Numbered from the stretch's first letter, positions 1 to 9,441 are shown. The stretch: 64,000 nt of DNA from Bacteriovoracia bacterium (GCA_050246755.1 JBFWVL010000006.1:1-64000), one strand, 5' to 3'. A program made the numbers and translations. The notes: generated by a model not told the origin, from the letters alone.

Positions 1-5
1 AGACT

Positions 6-623
6 TTGAGAGCACCACTGATTCAAGGCAGTTTTGTTGAAGCGCGACTTCGAGCACAAAGCATAATCCAGAACTCTCAAGTTGCTTGTGTAACGATCAC
101 GGCAAAAGATGTTCCTGTTACTAACTGTGAGTTGGATTCCGAAAGGCAAGCGGGCCTCTACTCCGTGAAGGACGAAGTATTTTACGACGAAGCGCAAAGT
201 GTTAGCGCCGCGACGGTAACGCTCTACTTTGACAACTCGGACATCTACCAATCTCTTCGTCAAAAAATTCAATTTGCGGCCGTAGGAAACTCGGCCCTAG
301 CACTTCTCGTTTTGGGCATTTTGTTGTTTGCTAGTCGAATTATCAAGCGTGACTTGAAGACCATCATACTCGAATGCGAGCGCCGCCCATCACAAGAAAC
401 GCCAATTTATCTTGCTGAGTTTTCGTACCTTCGAGAAAAGATCAATTATCACATGGACGCGGCAGAAGTGAATGCGGAAACGCGGGCTTCGGGCGAATTG
501 GCAAGGCAAGTTAAACACGATATTCGCTCGCCACTTGCAGCCCTGAATAACACCATCAAATCACTTGTCCTGCCAGCCGATAAAAAGGCGCTAATTCAAA
601 GTGCGATTACGAGGATCTCCTAA
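6..623 (+). pseudogene. Truncated membrane sensor histidine kinase (runs in from the window edge, stops just after the HisKA domain)
   Basis: TM segment followed by H-box ELARQVKHDIRSPL; stop codon precedes any HATPase N/G boxes. Confidence 0.7.
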
Positions 624-658
624 AGCTCCTCACGCCTCAACAGCATAGAATTATCCAG

Positions 659-1021
659 ATGAATTTCTGGGAAGGCCGAAGCGAGCGTTTTATCGCCGAG
701 GAGCTGCGAGTTTCCAGATCAACGATATATGTGCTTAAGAAACGAATTCTTCGCAAGCTGGCTCGTCAGCTAAAAGGGGTGTCCATGCAAAACGTCATTC
801 GATTTTCCGTGGATAAGATCGTCGCGCAGCGAGCTTACCCTGTAGAAATTCGAGTTGATTTGAAGAAAGGCATTGCTGTCATCGAGGGAGATCGAATCAC
901 TTCCATTCAGGGCCTTAAAGCTGCTGGAGACTTACGCTTGGAACTGGGCTTTGAGTCCGGCCCACGCACGGAGCAGAATCCGTGGGGCGTGTATGTCTCG
1001 AAGGAGAAGGAGTTTCAGTAG
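659..1021 (+). pseudogene. Fragment with a sigma-70 region 4/LuxR-type HTH fused to an unknown C-terminal segment
   Basis: FWEGRSERFIAEELRVSRSTIYVLKKRILRKL is a region-4-like HTH; no region 2 lies upstream in frame. Confidence 0.5.
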
Positions 1022-1064
1022 TTCTCGACTAGACGGCCTACTTCATAGTCAATAAACTACTTTC

Positions 1065-1577
1065 ATGACGACAAAGAAAACTCATGAAGTAACTCAAGCC
1101 CTTCTTCGGTTCTGGCAATCCAAGCATGATGGTCGTGATGGTTTTTGGGTCTTTGATATTGAACGACAAAACTTGAGGTTTGCGAGTGGTCAGCAAGCCT
1201 TATCATTTGCTGCTGAAAACTATCTGTATATCCCAAAAATTGAAGGAAAAAGACAAGAAGATGCAGAAAAGTGGTTAGCGGATATTGAAGCAGCAATGAT
1301 TTCCCTTATTCGACGGATCGAAACTCAAGACTTTTTAAAAGGTGTTCACGGACAAGACTTGTTAAAAACACTAGAAGCTCTAGTGTCTTTAGCATATCGA
1401 AGCGGCTATCAAATAAAGACTTTGATAGCAGAAATGCTCAAAGATGATTTTCTTAAAGAACATTTCGGTGTTTCCACAGAAGATGATGCACATATATGCG
1501 AGATCAACCCCATCAAACTTGAGCCATCTCTATGCGCCGACCTACGGAAGCGGCGGCGGTTCTGCCTCTTCCGGTGA
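1065..1577 (+). pseudogene. DUF4238-like protein, N-terminal fragment
   Basis: N-terminal KKTHEVTQALLRFW motif and AENYLY segment; AT-rich, and it runs out of frame into virB10 sequence at ~1500. Confidence 0.45.
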
Positions 1578-2196
1578 TGAGCGTAACAGCTCGATGATTC
1601 TTGCCCGTGGCGGCCTAGATAGCAAAACCCAACTTCCCCCTGGAAGTCGGATTTCTGTCAGGCTCTATGAGCGAGCCATCGTTGCCAATCAAGGGATGCC
1701 CGTTATCGGAGTAGTCACCCGTGATTACATTCACGAGGATTCGTTGGCGATCCCCCAAGGTTCAAAACTCTTTGGGGATGTGACCTTTGATGATGGTGGA
1801 GATCGAGCCAATGTGAGCTGGAAGTCCGTTCAATTCCCTGATGGAAGAGAGCGAGAATTTGCGGCCATAGGCGTTGGTTCAGATGGACAGGTTGGAGTTT
1901 CTGGCCGGGTTCATTCTGAAGCCTTGAAGAATACTGTGGGGCAAACGCTCACGCGTTTTATCGGAGCATATGCGGAAGGCTCTATGCAACGCGGAGCATT
2001 GGGTGGAAACCCTGGGGGCGACGACAATGGATGGAAGAATGCCATTGCCGAGACTGCTAAAGATCGAGCCGAGAGTTGGGCTGGCGACCTCAAGAAAGAG
2101 AAACGATGGATTGAGATTTCAAATCAAACGGAATTTTATGCCGTTCTAACGGCAAATTTCGCTTTCCGCGACCCTGGAACCACTTATGGCAGATAA
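1500..2196 (+). pseudogene. virB10: TrbI/VirB10-family protein, C-terminal part (no N-terminal TM anchor)
   Basis: LPPGSRI...AIPQGSKLFG...DGQVGVSGRV pattern; similar to 46709-47638; lies directly before the T4CP gene. Confidence 0.7.
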
Positions 2197-3796
2197 GAAA
2201 GAAAGTTCCCAAGTCAGCGAGCAAACGCTGCTTTGGGGAGCCGGAATTGTTTTTGGCCTGATGGTCTTGAATAAGGTCTTTAACTTTTTGAACGTCTGGA
2301 TCAGAGAGCCTCAAAACCAAATCATTCTCATTGGAATTTGTGTGTTGCTCTTAACGCCCCTCTTTTACTGGGTGCTTCGGGCGCGCGAATCTAATTTGAA
2401 GAAAAGGGATCAAGAGAAAGCGGTCATAGGAAAATCCGAAGGCTCCGTTTTTTGCGGGGTCACGGATAAGAAGGAAGAAGTCCATATCAAAACTCGCCAG
2501 CGAGCGATGCACACTCAAGTGATCGGCACAACCAATGCCGGAAAAACCGAGAGCGTGATCTTGCCCTGGGCGATTCAAGATATTGAGCAAGGGCGCGGCC
2601 TGATTCTTATTGATGGAAAATCAGACCGAAGCCTTCTCGATAAACTTTGGGCGTATGCGGTGAAACACAAGCGGCAAAAGGATTTTCGCTTGTTTTCACT
2701 AAGTAGCCCAGATGAGTCTCACCAGTTCAACCCTCTTCTTGGCGGTAGCCCCGAAGAGGTGGCCGAACGCGTTTTCAATTCTTTTGAGTTTGAAAATGAG
2801 TATTACCGAAGTGTTCAGTTTGAAATCTTCGCTCAAGTGATGAGGATTTTTTCGGAGAGTCAGGAGCTTCCGACCTTCTTAAAGGTTTTTGAGGCCATTT
2901 CTACACCGAACAAGCTAAAGGCTCTGGCTGAGAAAACCGGAAACCAAGGATTGAAAAATTGGGCGAAGCACTACGCGAGCCTACCGCCGACAGAAACGGC
3001 GCAAAGGACAAGTGGCCTCACGGCAGCTCTTAGTCACTTTGCTTTCGGAAAAACCTCGGCTTTGTTCAATACGGATAAGCCAAGCATCGACCTGGATCGT
3101 GCCTTGAGCGAAAATCAGATCGTGTACTTCCAGCTTCCCGTGATGCTTTCGCCTTTCTTGGGGAAAGCCTCTGGGAAGATGATTCTGCAATGTCTTCAAA
3201 GTGCGGTCGCAAACCGTCACCGTGGAGAGAATCGGAATCACAAGTTTTACTCGGTGTTCCTCGATGACTTCTCTGAGTATCTTTATCCAGGCTTTGTCAC
3301 GATCTTGAATAAATCAAGAAGTGCCAATGTCGGAATCGTCTTCGCGCATCAGGCTTTGGGCGACATTAAGACGATGGGTGATGCCATTGCCAATTCGATT
3401 TTGACCAATGCGAATCTCAAAGTGTTCATGCGAGGCAATGATCCTGAATCGGCAGAATACTTCTCGAAGGTGATCGGAACCGTCAAGAGCATGAAATACA
3501 CCTCGCGCACGAAGCGAGGCGTATTCAGCCAAGAGGATACAGGAGACGCTTCGGTCCGTGAGGTGGACGAATTTATCATCCATCCTAACCGATTCAAAAA
3601 TGAACTTGGTGTGGGTCAAGCCGTGATGGTCATTCCGCATGAAGCCGGAAGTAGAACCATTAACATCAAGTTCCAAAAATTTGACGATCTACCGCCTGAG
3701 CCATTTTTGAAAATTGAAAAAGCGGCGGCAGCCGGACTTGCGGATTTACCTGAGACTGAAACTCCTCAATTTCATGGAGGTAAAAATGCAGCGTAA
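2186..3796 (+). CDS. virD4: VirD4/TraD-type type IV coupling protein
   Basis: Two N-terminal TM helices, Walker A GTTNAGKT, IDGKSD, Walker B-like FLDDF, KSRSANVGIVFAHQ, ND-x-ESAEYFSK. Confidence 0.85.
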   Translation: MADKKESSQVSEQTLLWGAGIVFGLMVLNKVFNFLNVWIREPQNQIILIGICVLLLTPLFYWVLRARESNLKKRDQEKAVIGKSEGSVFCGVTDKKEEVHIKTRQRAMHTQVIGTTNAGKTESVILPWAIQDIEQGRGLILIDGKSDRSLLDKLWAYAVKHKRQKDFRLFSLSSPDESHQFNPLLGGSPEEVAERVFNSFEFENEYYRSVQFEIFAQVMRIFSESQELPTFLKVFEAISTPNKLKALAEKTGNQGLKNWAKHYASLPPTETAQRTSGLTAALSHFAFGKTSALFNTDKPSIDLDRALSENQIVYFQLPVMLSPFLGKASGKMILQCLQSAVANRHRGENRNHKFYSVFLDDFSEYLYPGFVTILNKSRSANVGIVFAHQALGDIKTMGDAIANSILTNANLKVFMRGNDPESAEYFSKVIGTVKSMKYTSRTKRGVFSQEDTGDASVREVDEFIIHPNRFKNELGVGQAVMVIPHEAGSRTINIKFQKFDDLPPEPFLKIEKAAAAGLADLPETETPQFHGGKNAA

Positions 3797-4220
3797 AATG
3801 TATGTGACTTTTTGTACTTTGACTTTCGCACTTATCCTTAACGGATGCGCGACCCAAGGAAAGAGTGCCGGACTTGGAGGATTGATTGGAGCTACTGGTG
3901 GGGCCGCCCTGGGCGGCATTGCCGACCCTGGAAAAAAGGGAGAATATCGAACTCGCAATGTGGTGGTTGGTGCGACGATTGGTGGAATGGCGGGCCTGAT
4001 AGCTGGCTCTGCTCTCCACGATGAAATCAAAACACGAGAGGCCAAAGCCTACGCGAACGGACGCGCATCGGCTCCTCGTCAAGCAACGGGAGCCATGCCG
4101 TCCTTGCGCGAAGCCCAGGTTGAGTCACGATGGATCGAGGGTCGCGTGGTGGGCAACCGCTACATCGAAGGCCATTTCGAGTACATTATCACGGAACCGA
4201 CGCGCTGGAACCCGCAGTGA
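3786..4220 (+). CDS. Glycine-zipper lipoprotein
   Basis: GGAGG RBS, signal peptide with lipobox LNGC, Gly-zipper helices; counterpart at 50160-50570. Confidence 0.7.
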   Translation: MQRKMYVTFCTLTFALILNGCATQGKSAGLGGLIGATGGAALGGIADPGKKGEYRTRNVVVGATIGGMAGLIAGSALHDEIKTREAKAYANGRASAPRQATGAMPSLREAQVESRWIEGRVVGNRYIEGHFEYIITEPTRWNPQ

Positions 4221-4963
4221 GTGTAAAGCACATTCCACTGAAAGAGATCAGCTTTGCGGCGAAGACGGGATTCTTGAGTAAAGCCCTTTGGCAAAGGTTT
4301 TTTACCACGCGGTCCTATAGCCGGAACTCACGGATTTGGCATCGCTTCGTTGAGGACGGATATTTCCGTCCTCACGAATCCAAAATGCTGCCGGATGTTC
4401 TGATCTTAGGGAATCGGTCTTTGGTAGAACTTGAGCGGCGCGGGATCGCGGCTGTTACTAAGCCTCATCTCGGTCAATTCGACCACGACGAGAAGGCCGC
4501 CAACATCATTCTAAGCCTTGAACAAGAGAAGGTGCTGGACGGCTTTACGACCGAAGCTGAGTTGAAACGCAAGAACTGGCTGTGGATGAAGACCACACGG
4601 GATGGCAAGGATGCCAAATTTCCCGACCTGACCTTGCAGCTTTCAGGCTCCGCGAAGTTCCGCACGGTGGCTCTTGAGATCGAGCAATCGAAGAAAAGCT
4701 TTGATCGGTATAAGAAGGTAATGAACAGCTACGCCACTGCCGACGAAATTAAGGTCGTCGTTTTCATTGCGAACCAACAGTATATCTTCAACAGCATTTC
4801 TCGTGCGATGAAGGAAGTCAGCTATCCCTCATGGGATCGGCCCGTTGGATTTGGAGAGATGGAGGCGTGGCTCAAAAACCCTCTGACGGCACCGATCTAC
4901 ATGAGCCGTGGAGTTGAGTCCATCGAACAATGGATGAACGAAAAATACGAACGCGCTGGCTAA
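4217..4963 (+). CDS. Replication-relaxation (Replic_Relax/MOBC-like) PD-(D/E)XK protein, putative relaxase
   Basis: N-terminal wHTH-like region, FDHD, FPDL...VALEIEQSKK...RY motif; downstream of the T4CP; GTG overlaps the upstream stop. Confidence 0.7.
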   Translation: MSVKHIPLKEISFAAKTGFLSKALWQRFFTTRSYSRNSRIWHRFVEDGYFRPHESKMLPDVLILGNRSLVELERRGIAAVTKPHLGQFDHDEKAANIILSLEQEKVLDGFTTEAELKRKNWLWMKTTRDGKDAKFPDLTLQLSGSAKFRTVALEIEQSKKSFDRYKKVMNSYATADEIKVVVFIANQQYIFNSISRAMKEVSYPSWDRPVGFGEMEAWLKNPLTAPIYMSRGVESIEQWMNEKYERAG

Positions 4964-4964
4964 G

Positions 4965-5179
4965 CACTAGCAACACCACTAGCAAATCGTTTGCTAGTTG
5001 AGAGCATTTTCTTGAGGTCAATTTTTTAGTGAAATTCAATTCAATACAAAGACTTACCCACCGCCTCGCTTTAAAGAATCTGCCCCTGATCGCTAGTGAC
5101 CCCTCCCACCCAACGAGTACATTGGTTGGAAGGGGTCACTAGCTGGTGCAGAAAATAAATCTCGGCGGTGGGTAAGTCT
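4965..5179. repeat. Nested inverted repeats, oriT/single-strand-origin candidate
   Basis: CACTAGCAA x2; ACTAGCAAA-TCG-TTTGCTAGT (4978-4998); 16-bp IR 5050-5065/5164-5179 enclosing 13-bp IR 5092-5104/5131-5143. Confidence 0.6.
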
Positions 5180-5191
5180 GAAAGGATTTTT

Positions 5192-5713
5192 ATGAATAAT
5201 TTTAATAATGGGGAGAAGAGAGAAACGGCCTTGGGTGTCATCGAAGGTCGGGAGAACAAAACAAGTGAAGTGATAAATGAAGAAGCTCCGGTTTTCAATC
5301 GTAGGGGCCGTAAGGGTGCTGCTCAAAAGGCGCAGAGCCTTGATCCGAGGAACAGCAAAGTCAATCACTCGTCCCTGGGTGAGGTGTTTCGCGTGGTTAT
5401 CTCGAAGGAGTCCAACGAGGCGTTGGAGTCGGCTGTACGCCGATGCGCGGAGGGCTTCGATGCTGGAGAGTTCACCAAGTCCGACATTGCCAACTATATC
5501 TTCCAGAACTTGAATAAGTTCTTTTCAGCAGCCGACGTAAAAAATCTTAGGGTCGCGCACTTTGACGAGAAGAAGATGCTTGGTTCCATTCTACGAACGG
5601 ACGCCGATCTTCCTGAAGAATTGAGAAAAGCTATCCGCGCTCATTACGGCGTCGATGATAAGGAAAAGAAAAAGTCCTCTAAGAAGACCGATTCTCTTCC
5701 TTCCGTCGCCTAG
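5192..5713 (+). CDS. Hypothetical protein, RHH-like putative relaxosome accessory
   Basis: RVVISKESNEAL...TKSDIANYIF...FDEK aligns by eye with 50567-50959; same position after the oriT candidate. Confidence 0.45.
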   Translation: MNNFNNGEKRETALGVIEGRENKTSEVINEEAPVFNRRGRKGAAQKAQSLDPRNSKVNHSSLGEVFRVVISKESNEALESAVRRCAEGFDAGEFTKSDIANYIFQNLNKFFSAADVKNLRVAHFDEKKMLGSILRTDADLPEELRKAIRAHYGVDDKEKKKSSKKTDSLPSVA

Positions 5714-6214
5714 CTACTGTGGGAACGAGGCCAGAGGCAAAAACAAGGTCATGGGTTCATCGACCAGTTCGATGAACCCATACTTCTTATAGAAGGACTT
5801 TGCAGGATCATCCTTGGCATCGACCAGAAGTGCGTAAACGCCGACCGAAGCCGAAGCGGATTGAACTCGCTTCATCGCATCGACTAAGAGGAGCTTTCCT
5901 AGGCCTTGCCCCTTGGTTGAATTATCAACTGCCAGTCGGCCCATTCGGGCGACGGGCACAGGATGCTTAGGGAGCTTCTTCTGCATTTCTTCGGGGAGCG
6001 AAGACAAATCCACTTCGCCCATGCTGAGACTGTAGAAACCAAGAACGCGTTTGGCTTTGTCACCTGATTGAATGGCTACAAAGGTTTTATTGAAATTTGC
6101 CGTTTGGTTCTGGCGGGCCTTTGCCTTAAGAAAATCATTCAGCTCACTTGATCCACAATCAAACGGCGCACGATCAAAAGATTTATCTAGGGCGTGAAAT
6201 TCAAAGCTGCTCAC
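5714..6214 (-). CDS. GNAT acetyltransferase toxin (TacT/AtaT-like)
   Basis: FDCG..LNDFL, PVARMGRLAVD, GQGLG acetyl-CoA loop, VDAKD..AKSFYKKYGF. Confidence 0.9.
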   Translation of the reverse strand: MSSFEFHALDKSFDRAPFDCGSSELNDFLKAKARQNQTANFNKTFVAIQSGDKAKRVLGFYSLSMGEVDLSSLPEEMQKKLPKHPVPVARMGRLAVDNSTKGQGLGKLLLVDAMKRVQSASASVGVYALLVDAKDDPAKSFYKKYGFIELVDEPMTLFLPLASFPQ

Positions 6215-6223
6215 AAATCTCGA

Positions 6224-6529
6224 TTACTTTCTGGACTGCTTCGCGTAGTCCTTGAAAGCCTTCTTGAGCGCTTCGTTCGGAGCCGGAGGATTGGTCAATG
6301 CTGAGAAGAACACATGGGCGTCACGTTCCGTTAGGCTTGCGCGTTCAACTTCCGACAGCTCTTTACGAGCGGCGCGAATTGAGTTTTGCAGCATGAAGGA
6401 ACTCACCGTAAGCCCCAAATGATCGGCGGCTTTCTCAATGAGAACTTTGTCCTGCGGGGCCGTGCGGATCATTACAACGCTTTCTTTCTTCAAAGAAACT
6501 TGTGGCTTTCTTTTTCTTGCGACTGACAT
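6224..6529 (-). CDS. DUF1778 RHH antitoxin
   Basis: IEKAADHLGLTVSSFML...NPPAPNEALKKAF; directly upstream of the GNAT toxin. Confidence 0.9.
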   Translation of the reverse strand: MSVARKRKPQVSLKKESVVMIRTAPQDKVLIEKAADHLGLTVSSFMLQNSIRAARKELSEVERASLTERDAHVFFSALTNPPAPNEALKKAFKDYAKQSRK

Positions 6530-6690
6530 GGTAAACCTCTTTCACCGCGCTTAAACGGTTATAGATACACCATATCATATTGTACTTCATTTGTCTATAC
6601 GACGTTAATCTAATGATTTCAGTAAGTTGAGAGTTTTAACAGGACTTCTGGAAGGATTTGCCCTTGCTGGGCTGCCTACAAAGGAGTATT

Positions 6691-6918
6691 ATGAACTCCA
6701 AGAATGTAGTTCTTGAGCTACCTAGCTCATCGCTCTTTGATAATCGAATAGAACGCGAGTGGCTTTCAACTGAAGAAGCAGCTCAATACTTGTCGATCAC
6801 CGAAAACGCTTTACGCATCATGGTCTATCGAGGCCAGATTCAGTCGTACAAATTCGGAAGACGACTAAGGTTTAAGTTGAAGGATTGCAAGGCTCTTTTC
6901 CTAAAGAAAGGAGCCTGA
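6691..6918 (+). CDS. xis: Excisionase-family HTH_17 protein
   Basis: AAGGAG RBS; WLSTEEAAQYL...GQIQSYKFGRRLRF; immediately upstream of the integrase. Confidence 0.85.
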   Translation: MNSKNVVLELPSSSLFDNRIEREWLSTEEAAQYLSITENALRIMVYRGQIQSYKFGRRLRFKLKDCKALFLKKGA

Positions 6919-6919
6919 C

Positions 6920-8017
6920 ATGGCAATCAAAACTTATATTGAGAACGGAAAGAAATTTTATGAAATTTACGTCAACGGATTCGACTCCAGAGGGATTCGG
7001 GTTCAACGGCGTAAAAAAGGATTGGACACTCTTAGAAAAGCGGAGATGGCCGAGTTCGAGCTAAAGCGAGAACTGGCTAAACTCAAAGAAGAGGCTGTAC
7101 CTTTTCGCTGGTCGGAGTGGCTTTCCGAGTGCTTGAAGAGAATGAAGCTCGTTCACCGCCCTTCAACTGTCATCAACTACACTGCACAGATGGACAAATG
7201 GATTAGCCCGCATTGGGATAATCTCGATTTGCACAAGATCACGAAGCAGAAAGTTTACGACACCATTTTTACGGACATAGATTCAAAAATCACTCCGTGG
7301 ACACGGAAAACAATCCTGAAAATGGTTCGGCGAATTTTCGAGATGGCCGTTGAAGAAGGCATTATAGACCGGAATCCCTGTGCAGGAATCCGGGTTAATG
7401 TGCCGGAGGTAGATCAGAAGGTTTTAACCAAAACTGAAGTTGGAATCTTCCTACAAGAAGCGAAACAAACGAATCATCGTTTTTATCCCATCTGGGCAAT
7501 GGCCCTTATGACGGGCATGAGATCGGGAGAGTTGTTCGCTCTTAAATGGACAGACATCGACTTCGATGGAAAGACCATCTCTGTTTCTAAACAGTGGACG
7601 AGCAAAAATGGGTTTGGCCCTACTAAGACGCAAAGGAGCCGTGTGGTTCCGATTTCCAACGCGCTTTTGAAGTTCCTAAAGGAACTCAAAATCAAGTCTG
7701 GGAATCAGAGTGAGTTTGTCTTGCCGCAAATGCCCGAATGGGAGAACGGCGAACAGGCACGGATCACGCGAGAATTTTGCGCCGCAATAGGAATCACGCC
7801 CGTCAAGTTTCACGACCTCAGAGCAACCTTTATCACCAACCTACTAGCGCGTGGTGAGTCTCTGGCAAGAGTTATGGCAATCGTAGGCCATAGCCAGATC
7901 AAGACCACCAACGGCTATCTAAGAAAGGCTGGTGTGGATGTTCAGGGGGCTACGGAAAAACTTGGCTATGATCTTCCAGATGAGGTTGTAGGAGCCAAAG
8001 TCCTGTCTCTTAGATAG
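6920..8017 (+). CDS. int: Tyrosine integrase (Int1)
   Basis: TGMRSGE, FHDLR, VGHS and TTNGY catalytic motifs; N-terminal arm-binding-like region. Confidence 0.95.
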   Translation: MAIKTYIENGKKFYEIYVNGFDSRGIRVQRRKKGLDTLRKAEMAEFELKRELAKLKEEAVPFRWSEWLSECLKRMKLVHRPSTVINYTAQMDKWISPHWDNLDLHKITKQKVYDTIFTDIDSKITPWTRKTILKMVRRIFEMAVEEGIIDRNPCAGIRVNVPEVDQKVLTKTEVGIFLQEAKQTNHRFYPIWAMALMTGMRSGELFALKWTDIDFDGKTISVSKQWTSKNGFGPTKTQRSRVVPISNALLKFLKELKIKSGNQSEFVLPQMPEWENGEQARITREFCAAIGITPVKFHDLRATFITNLLARGESLARVMAIVGHSQIKTTNGYLRKAGVDVQGATEKLGYDLPDEVVGAKVLSLR

Positions 8018-8050
8018 AGACAGGACGGCTTCTGTGAACTCAAAAAACCT

Positions 8051-8098
8051 TGCTACTTCATGCTACTCGCGGTATTCGATTTGCTGTAATTACAGCAA
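8051..8098. repeat. Putative Int1 arm sites and palindrome
   Basis: TGCTACT at 8051 and 8061; perfect palindrome TTGCTGTAATTACAGCAA at 8081-8098. Confidence 0.4.
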
Positions 8099-8116
8099 CT
8101 TAGGTCGGGAAAAATC

Positions 8117-8130
8117 ACCCCGACCAATTT
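8117..8130 (+). repeat. att core direct repeat (copy 1), resembling a tRNA-Pro 3' end
   Basis: ACCCCGACCAATTT is identical to 52746-52759. CACCCCGACCA matches the acceptor end of tRNA-Pro genes that start CGGGGTG. Preceded by the inverted half GGTCGGG. Confidence 0.75.
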
Positions 8131-8250
8131 TCCTTTCGGATAGTTGGCGGAGACCTAAAATTCCCGAGTTTCTAAATACTTAAAATCATTCGGAGCCGAG
8201 ATCCCGAATTTTTTGAATGGCCTTCTGCGCCCGCTGAAGTCCTTGTAGTT

Positions 8251-8269
8251 CCCTTCCATTTCCCTGCCA
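8251..8269 (+). repeat. Putative Int2 arm-binding sites (left end)
   Basis: CCCTTCCATTTCCCTGCCA, matching CCCTTCCATTCCCTGCCA at 52691-52708 and CCCTGCCA at 52880-52887. Confidence 0.65.
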
Positions 8270-8285
8270 CCGCTGCCTCTCTCAA

Positions 8286-8338
8286 GTGAACTTTCACCAA
8301 AGTTCAGAATTTCTGTATTCGCGGTGAACATTCACCGC
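8286..8338. promoter_or_regulatory. Operator-like palindromes upstream of the dual-XRE gene
   Basis: GTGAA-CT-TTCAC (8286-8297) and GCGGTGAA-CA-TTCACCGC (8321-8338) flank TTCAG-AATTT-CTGTA (8303-8317). Confidence 0.5.
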
Positions 8339-8382
8339 CGTTCAAATTTTTACCCCCAAAACCTAAGAAAGAGAGGCGTTCT

Positions 8383-8961
8383 ATGAACCACTACGGAGTC
8401 ATTTTGCGAAAGCTACGGGAGCTGAAACAGCTCCCGATCAAAGAGGCCGCCAAGCGCATCGAGAGAAGCGCGGGGTGGCTCAGTGAGATCGAAAACGGAA
8501 AAGGTGCCGCCCGCATCCACCCCCAAGAATTCGAGAGGATCGTGGCTGCCTACGATGGCGAGTCCTACCGTAAGCAGTTCGGGATCTGGGTGGCCCAAGC
8601 CCACAAGCCAGCCGCCGCCCCCAGAGAAGTCCAATTCACCGGCCCTGTGCTCAGGTATTTGCGCGAAAAGGCAAAGCTCTCCTTGAGGGCCGCAGCCCGC
8701 CAGGTGGAGCTTTCGAGCTGCTACCTGTCCTACCTAGAAACCGGCGTGAAACCCCTCTCCAATGAGCTTCGGGACCGCCTCATGCGGGTCTATGGATACA
8801 GCCCGGCCAGCTTCAAGAACTTCACGACCGAAGACAAGAGATCCAAGAACATCCCCACGCGGTACAAGCTCGGCGTTTTACTCCGGCACTTAGGCGAAGC
8901 GGAGATTGAAAAGGTCTTCGTCTTCGCTTTGGAGCAGAACCAGAGCCACGCCAAACCTTAA
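8383..8961 (+). CDS. Tandem XRE-family HTH regulator
   Basis: Two HTH_3 units: LRKLRELKQLPIKEAA..SAGWLSEIENG and LRYLREKAKLSLRAAA..SSCYLSYLETG. Confidence 0.85.
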   Translation: MNHYGVILRKLRELKQLPIKEAAKRIERSAGWLSEIENGKGAARIHPQEFERIVAAYDGESYRKQFGIWVAQAHKPAAAPREVQFTGPVLRYLREKAKLSLRAAARQVELSSCYLSYLETGVKPLSNELRDRLMRVYGYSPASFKNFTTEDKRSKNIPTRYKLGVLLRHLGEAEIEKVFVFALEQNQSHAKP

Positions 8962-8983
8962 CCAACGACAAGGAGATAAACCT

Positions 8984-9181
8984 ATGAAAGAAATCCTCAG
9001 TGCAGTTCTTATGATCGTTTCGCTTTGGGGAGGCACCGCCGTCCTCAAAGGCATTCATGACAGCATCCGCAAGGCCGCTCTTGAAAAAGCCGCGCAGGGC
9101 CTTCCATCGCTTGAAGGGATGAGCCGGGCCTTACAGCAGCCGCCCAAACAGGCCCATAAGCCGAAACGATCTGGAAACTAA
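8984..9181 (+). CDS. Small hypothetical protein with an N-terminal hydrophobic helix
   Basis: AAGGAG RBS; MKEILSAVLMIVSLWGG. Confidence 0.55.
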   Translation: MKEILSAVLMIVSLWGGTAVLKGIHDSIRKAALEKAAQGLPSLEGMSRALQQPPKQAHKPKRSGN

Positions 9182-9201
9182 GGAGCGCGGCTCACCGGGG
9201 C

Positions 9202-9441
9202 TTATCGAATTTCGATCCCGGTGAGCTTTGCCAGCGGTACGCCAATCGTGATTGCGATGAGGGCCAGGGTGGAGATTTTCGGCTCCACTCGGCCACTCTC
9301 GATCTTGCTCAATGCCCCACGGGACAATCCCGCCTCCAGGCACACGCGGTCTTGCGAGTATCCCTTGGATTTTCGCACCTTGGCGATCTGTTTTCCCAAA
9401 TCCTCCAAAAAACGGTCTTTGTTAAAGTCTTCTGCATCCAT
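9202..9441 (-). CDS. XRE-family HTH regulator
   Basis: LGKQIAKVRKSKGYSQDRV..AGLSRGALSKIESG..PKISTL. Confidence 0.85.
   Translation of the reverse strand: MDAEDFNKDRFLEDLGKQIAKVRKSKGYSQDRVCLEAGLSRGALSKIESGRVEPKISTLALIAITIGVPLAKLTGIEIR

Larger units (their letters stand above)
1..8130. mobile_element. Right end of a degenerate ICE-like element (element 1), 5'-truncated
   Basis: Partial virB10, VirD4-like T4CP, relaxase-like gene, TA pair, xis and tyrosine integrase, ending at the att-like repeat 8117-8130. Gene order parallels element 2. Confidence 0.75.

Noticed and set aside
8101-8130. Possible tRNA gene at the att repeats (also 52730-52759)
   Set aside because: Only the terminal ~11 nt match; there is no T-loop GTTCRA, anticodon arm or D arm. 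Treated as att fragments.
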